A stretch of DNA of 64,000 nt from Ophelia neglecta. Its lineage: Eukaryota. The stretch is taken from contig OZ260662.1 of assembly GCA_965285935.1 (NCBI GenBank), positions 36,766,001 through 36,830,000 on the forward strand, read 5' to 3'. The notes beneath the pieces are model-generated. The model searched no databases and was not told where the DNA came from. It was given only the letters and a program-made list of their open reading frames with translations. Numbering within the stretch: position 1 is the first letter of the stretch; each line of letters begins with the position of its first letter. The translations under genes were made by a program, and so were the position numbers. Below are positions 13,901 through 25,496 of the stretch, piece after piece.

Positions 13901-16900
13901 GAAATTACATTTCACTGGAGATACAGGCATATCAGAAAGAGAGGAGCCTAAATGATTTTATTTATATTCAAACACTGTTTTTTTCTCACAGCTTGTATAC
14001 AAATTCGCAGTAGCAGATCCAATGTACGTATTTGTGCAGTCGTGTAAGTAAATGTATTGTACTACTAGGTATGCTATATATATACAAAGGCACAGCAACT
14101 ATTTCACAGAAGAGAAAGCTCGAACTACAGATAATCAATTATGTACATGGTACTTGAAAAAACAGTTTACTTCGTGATGTGGGAGCCTTCGGCATGGTTT
14201 GACTGATAATTTAAAAAAAACGGATGTTATAAAAAAAACTATTATTTTTTAGACATGTTAAATTCAAACCCACGGTACCTGTATCAAGAGTGTATACATC
14301 CATGGCGTTTGTCGCCCCTACTCCATTCTTGCAGTCGGCTGAGGGTCCTGAGCTACGGTATGTGGACGGGTTTTGTCCAGTTTCCAACACCAAACACTTT
14401 CCGCCAAAACGTAACCCTAATATTTCCACGCCCATCGATTTAGCAGCGTTTGCACACTTCTGTAAAACACCATAAAATAACGATGAAGGCATCTTTCCGT
14501 ACCTATACACTTTATATACAATATGTCGCTTGCATAAAAAAAGGCATAACACCACCCTCTAAAAATTAGAACCAATGTTTTTTACTTCAAAACTCTCCCA
14601 AGGAACCTCCCCCCAAATTTTCAATTGATGCGTCCCTTGTACATACCTTTCCACACAGGGTTATTTCAAACAATTAGTCTACTTAAATCGGTGTAATCTT
14701 ATTGCCAAATGACTGCCTTCATTTAACTTCGAGTAGGCTTGCCCATTTACCTGTATTTTGTTGGTTCGATTCACATAATTTCCGTCCAAATAAGATGATT
14801 TTCCTTCAATAGACGTTAACATCTCGGGTAAGTTCTCGTCTTTCCAACATCCTAGGTGGTTATAAACTAAACGAAAACACACGATAAAGATTGTGCCAAT
14901 TATCTAATCAATTTACCAAAGGTTAAGAAGCATGCATAGTTATGTCTTTTACGCCATTCCTCTGTCTATATGTAGCTTGCATATCTCTTAAGAATAAAAT
15001 CAATGAAATATCAATCTTTACCTAAAGTGGGTACTGGGCAGTTTTGGGTCATACACGCCTCTGTATGGCTGCCTGAGCCAGGACACGCCAGTCCGCCATT
15101 AAATGGGGCAGGACTGTCGCACTTGCGCGTGCGAGTTCGTGTCCCTCCGCCGCACGTGACAGTACATGAACCCCACGATTGCCATAGTCCCCAGTTACCA
15201 TTCACTGGGTCTAAAAAGCGTGTTACAAAATCAATTATTCTTGGATGCAGATAATACGTTGTTTACTATTATATATTCTGCTTACATTAAACTTGTTTTT
15301 GAATCTAAGTGTTACAACTGTATATATATATATATATATGTTTGGTTGACATTGGAGCGTTGTAGTGTGCATAGGCCTACTCACTGGGGCATTTGTACAT
15401 TTTGTTGATTTGAGCAACATCAATTTCTGACATCCGGTTCCGTTGACCTATATCGGCATCCGGTGGGCGCAGTGTCGTGATAGTCCTTAAGTCTGTCACG
15501 AATAATGAAATATTTAAGCTTATGTAGGAAATACTCAGGGAATTATTATTATGCAGCATCGAACCTAATATTATGTGTTCACAACTTCTTTCGTTTTATT
15601 TTTATGTAAAATTATATTCAGCATACGCCAGCCCGTTTTCATTCTGGTGAAATTACCTGCGTCCATGTCCTTGGAGAAGGCGTAGGGACCGTAGTGCATG
15701 ACACTCTCGTAATCATATTGGTATCCGAGGTTTTCAGATTCTGACACACTCATCTTGTCAAAGTTTTGTTCGCGTCCTGGAAAGGGGCAGTCGAAAATAG
15801 CTTACAAGAAAAACGGGAGTGCATTGATACCCGTCAAACAACATAAAATGGACGAGCAAGCATACATGTATTAAATCGGTTTAAAATTCATCAAAATGTA
15901 CGACAGGTTCACAAATGACCAGTTTCCATTTACAGAACTACATTCAATTTAGCTACCAAAATAAATTAAAATATCAAATAAGATATATAATCTATCGCAG
16001 GAAAAATATGCTTATGCATAAATAAATATTTTCCGCTCTAAATCATTACAAAATTAAATTAATTAATGAGCCAGTCATTAAAGAAATTAATGTGTGAAGA
16101 GGCCAAAGTAGTCGTTTCAGAGTATCTGACAAATATAGCTCCAGTGGGCGGTACCTAAAGTCTGACGAGAATGTGAGGTACACATCTCAAGTAACGTGTT
16201 TTTGGTAAATACCTTTGGCACTCTTTACTGAACGCTAACACCTTTCATCTCAATAAGTTACTTTTTTATTATTTCAGTTGCTACAAATGTCGCGTAAAAT
16301 CGCAGCTATTATGAAGTCCAAACATTTCTGGGTTTTTTCTTACTTGTTTATCCTGAACATCATTTTGTGACGCAATTTTACCCGGTCTTAGGAATAGACA
16401 AATGAATTTTGCATTTTTCAAATTTTGCTACGATTTGTCCTGTATCGTGATTCCCGCCAAAAAAACTCTAGCTTATTGACTGTCTTTATTCGGCGCTGCT
16501 CTTGCATTTTCAGCGCAGCGGAGAATACGTATAGTCTAAATTGCCTTTAACTATATAAAAACTTATCTTTTTACACCTGACACTACCTTGTTGTACGTTT
16601 TCTATGTGTATTTTCACCCAGTCGTCTCTGTCAGGTCTGGCCTGCTCGTGGAAAAAGCCGATCGCATGCATCAGCTCGTGTTGCATTCTCCCCAACTCGT
16701 CGGTGCACTCCGGGCCTAGATTGACGTCGTAGGTCTCGCCAGGGTATGCTCCTACCTGGGACGAACACCTGCAATGGTCACATGACGCCTAACAACATGT
16801 ACAAGGGACATTAGATAGATCAAAATCTCATTTGTAAATCACACCAAGACATTACACCAGTTGGAAAATATTCTATGCAAAATAAAGCTTCCAAATCATA

Positions 16901-19900
16901 TCATTCAACGCATATCATTAAACGCAGGATATTTGAACTTTTTTTGTAGAGACTTCTACTAGGCACGCTACATTTCATAACGAATGAAGAATCCATTTGA
17001 AAGTTTCTTTCATCAGACCTATATCTATAGCTGTACCACCTTTTTTCCCATGAGGAATAAACAGATGATGATTACAACCCATTGCTAACTTCTGCTTAAA
17101 CGGCAAACAGAGAATTCAATGCCACTCAAGTACAACAATGATTTGTGATTCATTTGATTTTAAATGAATGTTAAGGTTATTATTATTATTATTAAGACCA
17201 TACTTACGCGCCATTAGCTGTAATCGTAATGTATGTGTTCTGTGTGGTTCTCTCCACAAATTTGATACAAGTCTTGGTTTCAATGTCCCGCATTCCATCC
17301 TTTACAAGTTTGATGTTTTCAGGGGCTGAGGATATATTGCAATGAATAATGTAGTATACTGGCTTGGTTCTGGATAAAGCCTCCACGGAACATGAACTGA
17401 ATTTGCAGTCATTGCATTCAGGGTCTCATTTTAATTCTTCATGGAGGTAACTAGTTGTTGATTTAAATTTGGTTTAATACAAGTTGTCAGGGCCTAATAA
17501 AAAGTCGTTAACAATCTGGCGTGATGTAGGTTTTCTTTAAAAAAAATTATAAGGTACGAATAGTAAAAAATAATGACATGCTGTCAGATTATGGTTTCCT
17601 ATACTGTGCTAATAAGGTATTATATACAAAGATTATTCGTCAAGGCTTTGCACCCACTTTGTGTCTGAAGATTGAATGTGTAGAACACTTCTCCCTTTGG
17701 CCAGATCCAGTCAGGATTGTTGGTTGTCGCCCGTTTTTGTCTAAAGAAAAAAAGTTTTGGTTATTAAATTACTTTTAGTTTTTCATGAGATTTTGGGATC
17801 CCGCCCATGTGTCTGTCTAGTCATATGCCTGCTGTGAACTAAAGTCTTCGCGATTATATTACAATTAAGTCATATTTTTAACATTTTTGGAGTCCAGGAA
17901 AAAATACTTTTGGTGAAATGAATTTTACCTGGTGTGTGCCTTGGTTTCATTCCCTCGCCTCCAAGCCCATGGGTCCCCGCCAGCTCGCCATACACTCGTC
18001 TGCTCCGGGCTAAGTTGTATGTCTCCCTGGTACATTCTACTCTCAACGCCTTATTCGGAAGCAATTATAACATATACATTAGACAGGCAAATATGCATTT
18101 TATTTTGATTTAAAAATCTATTGATGAGATTAGTAGCCTATGCATTCTTCCGACCCCCCCCCCCCCCCAACCCCTAAGTAAAATTAATTACAGCGTCATC
18201 GGATCTAATCTAAATTGGACCCTTAAAAAACATCTTTGGGAACGACAATCAGCAATACACTATAACAGGGCCCTCAAAACCCACTGACAATGACTCTGTA
18301 TAATAACGTACCAGCCTTTTTGTTTATTCTGACGATGTCGGAGAATATGTCATGCTTCTCTCGCTCTATTTTCTTCTGTTTTTTCTCCGCCAATGTGTTT
18401 AGCTGCTCGACAGCTATCGAATCAACTGTAGTGAGATTTGTATGTATGTTGTTGTTTAATCATGCCAACTCATAGTTTATTTTAGTAATATTTCTGATCA
18501 GTATGGATTCACCAAGTCATATAACAGCCTATATCGAAAACTAACCGAGTTACAGCTGAAATGAACTGTAGAATTATTGGTGTCGATTCTGCATTTATTG
18601 GTGTTAATGGATCGCTGTCGCGATAACGGGCGGACCGAAGTTTAGAAATTAACGGCACAACAAAAAGTCTGGGTGATTTTAGTAGGCCTATATGAAGGTT
18701 TTGTATTGTTTTTCCTTGTATTTTTCGAGACCGGGTCCCAAATATACTAGACTTTCTGGACCGCCAGACTTACGATACTAGGGTTTCAAAACCGGGGACC
18801 TCTCGGTTTTGTAAAAGGGTTTGTAAACATACTCAGGGGACTCAAAAAACGTTACACCGACACAAATTAATTGTCTGCCGTTTAACACAAGTTTGTCGAA
18901 TGCCAATACTTGACGTAGTTTGTGAGGGTAAATTTCAAATAAATAGCCATTTTTCGTAAGAAGTGGCATGCTTGTTACGCTGTCTGTGCCTTACTATCTC
19001 CCCGTGTCTCTTGTGAAATGTTCTTTTGCTGAACTGGATACTCCAGAGTATGCTTCTATGATCATTAGCTATATCACAGTTTGCTACTTATAGACCCAAA
19101 TACGGGATCTATTATCTAGGCCTAAAGTTGAAAATCGTTGATGCACAGAACTGCCGTATCGAGATATTTTATGCGGCGAGGGAGCAAATACTGTGCTTTG
19201 CAATAATTTCATACCTTGAGACATCTGTTGGCATATGAAGCGAAGCTTCCGGTCACATGGTTCCTGACTCAACTGCGGTAGGTCATGGCCCGATGACGTC
19301 AGAGCAACACAGCCGGCTTCCGATTTGTTGGACCCCACCATATCTGTGCCAGCCATTTCAATGAATAGCTATAATTATATACAGACATAATACTTGAATG
19401 TGCCATACTGGAAAATTTTATTCGTTAGGCTTATATGAAATGTTGTTGCGTTTCTGACCCGAAATTTTATACACGTACATGGAAAAGTTAGTACTGTATC
19501 ATATGTGTAACGAGTAGGTTGTAATGAGACATCAATTTTCGTGTTAATTTGATTAATTTTCCACGTTGGCTTATATGGGTTATAAAAGAATCAGAAGGAA
19601 CATATAATATGTATAAGTAAAAGTTGTAAACCTGGTCGACGTCTCTGCCATCCAACCACTTGTAGTTGTGTTTCTTGTTGTAATCCACCATTCCCATCCA
19701 AAAGAAATCATTTCTGAGAAGAAACAAATTTAGTTTCCCATTTATATTTCTCTACCCGGGAACTTGAATCATGAGGGACACAGCATCAGGAATTTGTGAC
19801 GGGGAGGGGGCGGTGAGCTAGAAGAAATGTTGGCGGCCACTTAATTTCCTGGAAGACCAACTCTTTTTTTGCAATAGTCAACCCCAAATGTTTTTCTTTT

Positions 19901-22900
19901 TATTAAACTTTCTAGCCCCCACCCCTTCCCCATTTGCTAATAGTAGGTCCCTTATGCGCAGTAAAAATAAAACTTACAAATTTATACACCCAGAAAAAGA
20001 GCAAAATGTGGGATGATTTTTGACCAGTTATGCAATGCATCCCATGTCTTAGGCCTACCTGTGTTTGATAGCATTGTTTATGAAATTTAGGACAGGTCTT
20101 TTCTCTATCATGGCAAGCTGACCGCCATTTTGTTGACAGCTGTCCCTTGCAGCTGACCATGACATAGAGACATTGGAAATCTGGTAGCACTCGTCTCGGA
20201 ATGAGTTACCGCCCTTGCAGTCTGTTAACAGAAAAATCATAGTTAATATAGCAATTATTAATACTTATAGCAATATTCGCGGGTTAGTTGAGTGTAGCTC
20301 TCGAAGATATAAGTAATACGTAACCAAGCGGAAGAAGAGAAACGTTCTACTCTAAGATAGAATTACTGCAAATACAGTTAGGCCTAACATTACAGCTAAC
20401 ACAGCAATGCGACTGTAAACTCTTTCTGAAGAGATGGGCAGGTCCTGTCTTGAATTCATCCATTTATAAATTGTAGTCTTAAGTGCTTTAAGGCATGATT
20501 TTGTTAAACTTGGCTTGGTTCGTAACAAAAGAGAAGAATGGTACACTGATTTAAAAATGCTCAAAGCACTCTTCTTGAAAACTATAAAACCTGGTTTAAA
20601 AGACAGGTGCGTGACATAACACAGTCACACCAGATATGGCTAGCTTTAATTCCTGAGCTTACAAGAGAGTTCTATGACTTTGCCTCCCCTGCCTCCCTTC
20701 CAGTAATTAGAGAAAAAAAGTATTCAATTGTTTATTGCTATGTTACAATGTCCGGTCAGGTTTCACACTATATCATATTGTTTTCCACAGTTTATGGACT
20801 TGCGAGACCTATTTTGGGAATCAATTTTTGATATGCTGGAAGTGATTCAATTAATGAGAGCCAACATTAATACATAATGTCAATTGCCGCCAAAGAAAGA
20901 GGACGAATTGTTAAGTATAAGGCCTAATGATCCGTTCCTAAATCGGAGTATAAAGAGCAGGGTGCATACTCAATTGTCAGTTGATCTTGTAGAACATGTT
21001 TCACATAATTTTCTCTTTTCTCTCTTTTTCCTTATGTCCAATGTTAGTTGATTAGATATTATTGCCTCTCTGTATTATGATGAATTAATAAGAGTAAAAA
21101 TTGTAAAAATACAACAATAGCTTATTCAAAGTATTTTGGATGAAGTTTCCTGAAGATAATCCCTCTGGGTAATGGCAGAGAAGACCTAACTTCAGTCCGC
21201 TCTTTCGATTGCAGCACATAACGACTTAGAGTGCCGGCTGTCAGTCGTGGACTAGAAGAAGTAAGCCATGGTCTTATTTTGGATATTCAGATTCGTTAAA
21301 ACCTCGACTGCGTCATGGTTTTTACTCCATCTGAATTACCAAAAAAGACCACGAGTAACCTCCTATTCTAACTTAAGCGACTTTTCCCCAACCATTTGGG
21401 ACATTAGACCCATAGTCTGGAAACTTCTACAATGTTTTTTAATAACAATAATAGTCCTTAATATCAGAAAAAGACTTCCATGTAAAGTACCTTACGGGAA
21501 AAATAAAAGAAAAGTACATGAAAAAAAGGATGAAAAGGTAAGTAGTGGATTGAATAGAATTTGTAATCTCTTTTTAAAATGGTAAATACATATTAAAATG
21601 ATAAAAACATAAATTATCCCCTTAATAAATTTCAGGTTATATAGAAAATTCGAAGGTCAACAATAAAGGTCCAAACATGGCCACGGAATGTTAAATCTTT
21701 GGCTGAGAAGTGTCACATAAACATAGAAGTCTGGAGATAACGTCAGCAGCAAAGTTCACGACTGTCGTCACAGCCAGCAAACACGATTCTATTTGTTTCC
21801 CTAAGTCGTCTAGTCAGACTTTAAACAGCGGTGACAATATTTTCTAAAGTAAACAGTTGTAACATACTTCTAGCAAACCTATTACATTCGGCAACTGATA
21901 CATTGTCACCACGTGCGAAAACTAGAGTCTGCCTCCCGTGTACATTATTATTGGCACTATTCCGCAGTATCCACACAATACTGAATTCTTTGTGTTTAAA
22001 GTTGTTTGGCTAATGTGATTTAAAACGCAAACTGCTAAGGGAAAATGCTACTCGGTGTGTTTAATAGTCCCGAGATCTACCATATTTCATGACCATACAG
22101 GGTTTGTCCAAATAGGAAGGTGTCATATTTTAGTAATTGGACCACACGCCTGTTGATTTAAGATCGCCAATTCCCTGTGGTGTGAAATGGTCACACCCAG
22201 ACGGATAAAATGTGAGGTAAATATTAAACAAAATGAATAACGATGAGTGTCCTTTCGTGCGTCAAACCTCTGGAATGAGCAATATATATTAATGTAAAAA
22301 TTCTTCCAGCATGATAAAAAAAAGATATTTGCCTACTACTCATTATGACAAAGTAATGGGAAAATTCCACGATCATTTTGATACAGACGTATAATTAGTA
22401 GGTAAGCTATACAAATTTGAGAATCGAAAATTGAAATGTTATTATTTCGAATTAAATCTTTAAGGTTTTTTGCAACAACCGTTTTTTTTTGTGTTCCATC
22501 CATGGCGCATGGATTAATGATTTATTTATTCACAGCCATAAAACAAATTAATCCCTATTCCGTAAATTTTTATATTCCTAAAACAGTTTTAGCTCTTGCT
22601 TTAAACAGCAGCAGTACTTATTTTTGATGTAGCATATATAAAAGCATTAATTGAGACAGTCATTTATTCTATTTTGATCCAATTTTAATAGAAGAGCAAT
22701 TATCTTACCAGGTCCTACATATGTCATTGTTACCTTCGACCATACAATTTTTAAATGTCTACAATTTTTTAGCGCAAAACTACTATAGTATATTGATTGG
22801 AAATCGATGGATTTCTGTGCCCAGTACAGCTGTTCTCTATACAAATAAAAGCTGACAAGTGATGTGTACTCTAATTATTTTTGCCAAATGTCTATTTATA

Positions 22901-23186
22901 AAAGATTTGGAAATCGACAGCACAGACAGAAAGTAGTGAAAATGTATCGGACTTTATAGAATATAAATATGATCAACCCATAATTTTGGTAAGATGAATG
23001 ACTATATTCAGAAGGAACCGATGGAATGATGAATCTAAATCCCCATATGTTAGGTGAGTGTTAAATCTTACCTTTAAATCCTGCTACGTACGTGTATTTC
23101 TGTGTCCTGAATATCGACTTCGATTTCATCATGTGTAAGTTGAAAATCAGCAGAAGTATTGCCGATAGAAACGCTGGTCTGTACAT
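10953..23186 (-). CDS. Multidomain astacin (M12A) zinc metalloprotease: signal peptide, C-type lectin, prodomain, astacin, TSP1, WSC-like, 14 further TSP1, hydrophobic C-tail (~1479 aa)
   Basis: 16 exons totalling 4440 nt, in phase: 23186-23072, 20221-20059, 19713-19632, 19368-19215, 18425-18312, 18049-17929, 17740-17658, 17325-17208, 16768-16587, 15776-15657, 15492-15385, 15210-15022, 14866-14751, 14459-14279, 13821-13645, 13369-10953. Signal-like MYRPAFLSAILLLIFNL; lectin CY..WSAARDSC..GGQLA..WMGM..C..C..RFIC; prodomain YQGDI; furin-type RQKR; zinc motif HELMHAIGFFHEQARPDRD; Met-turn SVMHY; repeated WxxW..CSxTCG..RxRxC modules. Exon 1 is the least certain. Confidence 0.9.
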
Positions 23187-24199
23187 TTTAGGAGACATTT
23201 GCCGTATTTTGCCGGTGTCTTTAAGGTATCTGACTACCTTCCATCAGGCGAGGCGCTTATAACCAAGGATTACGCCTAACTTTTGCTTGAAAATTTTCGT
23301 TGCATTATCCTTATCTATATAAACCGGCTTGTTTAAATCAACAAACAGTTTTGAAATGGCTGCTAATGCAATTGGGCAATGTTTACCCTTGGACTGTCAG
23401 GCTAGGCTTCCAATGGACAGGACCATGTAATCAAATATTTGACTTCATGCTGGATACACCTCGCTCTCGCGATCAATGCTGTGGGCTATGTTATTGACAA
23501 ATTCACCTTTCGAATCTGATGTTGTTATTTGAACTGATGTTGAAGTTTGATATGAACTTCCCTCAAAATACTTATGATATTACTAAAATATTATACCCTT
23601 CCGAAACGGGTAATGCAACAAGAAAGAAGACAAAGGTTTTCAGAGAGGCAGTAAAGAGGATGCAAATTTGACATACTGATTAGGTAAAACTACAATAACA
23701 TTCAAAGTTTTCATTCTGACAAGGTGTTTTTAAAGCTGACTTATAAAAGACAATTACTGATAATCAAAAATATTTTTGTAAAAAAGCATCATCTTCACTT
23801 GGTACCATTCTGGCCGGGATCTATGTACAAGGCTGGGACCTAAAAAGGTAATGGTTAACGTGCATGCTGGGACCTAATGGCTGGTACCATTCGGTCTCGA
23901 TTTCACATGTAACTAGCAATAATCTCGTATTACTTCACCCCCTTTGTTAGCCAAGATTCCTAGCTCTGGGTCCATTTCTAATGTTATAGAATGTTACAGT
24001 CATGGAGGAAGCCGTCTGCTCTCTAGTTCGAAAGCCGCTGTTTCCACCTACGGAAAAGGCGCTATTTCTGCGGCGCTATCTTGTTAGTGTATGTATGGAG
24101 AAACAAATAAATACACAGGTTGATTTAACTATAGAAACTACGACGAATAGATTGTCCATTTGATTATGTAGACATGTAAAAACAAGTTGGTGGATCGAA

Positions 24200-24456
24200 G
24201 CTCTGGAATATATTGCCAAGTAGGCTGAGAATTATCGAGTCAGTTGAAGCCTTTTTATCCAAACTTAAGACTCATTTCTTCAAGCTCGCTATCAATGGCT
24301 GATAGGCCGGAAATAAATAATTGCCACTATTTTCATAAGTTCCGTTATTAAATCCGTTTTATTCAATTGATGTTTTATGTATGCTTTTTATATTGTAAAG
24401 CGCCCTTGAGCTCATATGAGAGGAAATGAATCCTCTTTTAATACAAATATCATTAT
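24200..24456 (+). mobile_element. 5'-truncated 3' end of the same L2/CR1-clade LINE family
   Basis: Shares TGGAAT..TTGCC..GAGTCAGTTGAAGC..CTCATTTCT.CAAGCTC..ATTGTAAAGCG.CCTTGAGCTCA with ~38396-38640. Confidence 0.8.
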
Positions 24457-25496
24457 ATACTTTTAATGCAAACATGTGCATGGATAATTATCATTATTAC
24501 AACGCAACATGATAAATATTTTTCAGAAACATAACATTGCACAACACCGTTTTGGTTTTTATGTCACTTTATATACGTTTCTATACATGAATCAAGGTTA
24601 TAGGAAAAGACCCCAAGCAAACGGTTTGATAAACTTGCCATAATTGGCCAGGCCTCTTTATTCCTTTTATTTACTTTTTACATAACTACAATTAGTTACA
24701 TGACAAAGTGTGCGTACAAGTCTACCTGCATAAGGAAAATGTTTAATTTTACTTACTTAATGCTTCCAAAAGGTTTTTTTTATTCTTTGTGGGACGGATA
24801 TCTGTTCAATAATTGTCTCCCATCGAAAGGCGCAAATAAGACACACGACGAGGCGGCGTCGGTGTCTGCAGCCGGTCTGTACATTTCGTCATTAATCTTA
24901 ACTATTACGTATTATTTCAAACCAGTTGGAAGAAAATGTAGTCCTTCACAGTTAATGGTTAAAATAAACTTGTATATGACTTTAAGCTGATTTTTTCGGA
25001 GCCGGTAAGAGTGTGCAAACGAGAGCAACCAGTTAACTAGAAGGCAATACAAAAACATTTACATTTTGTTAAGAGAGACTAATCCAGCAGACATACTGGG
25101 TTACCATATACATGATCACTCCCGTAGGTCTCCCTAGATATATGCTATCATCAATGGACAAATGACTAAAACGGTTTTTATTTTTAAATCGGCCCACTCG
25201 AAAGAGTCTATTGCATTGTTTTTCTGCACTGTATATATTTATTAGTATTACTCTTATGGATCTTAATAATAAATAAGTTTTTCTTCTGTCTCAATTATAG
25301 AGGCTTTTACATTAACTTCAATTGGTTGCCCTGTTATTGTTATACATGTAGTGTGTGTCGTTTTGTTATTTCTCATGGTTTTATTGAACAGTCAATATAT
25401 GTACTTTAGCCTTTAACAGTAAACATTATTTTTTTATTATCATATTATCATTCTCATTGTAGATACAAAAATAATTATTGAATCAAGTATACTGGA

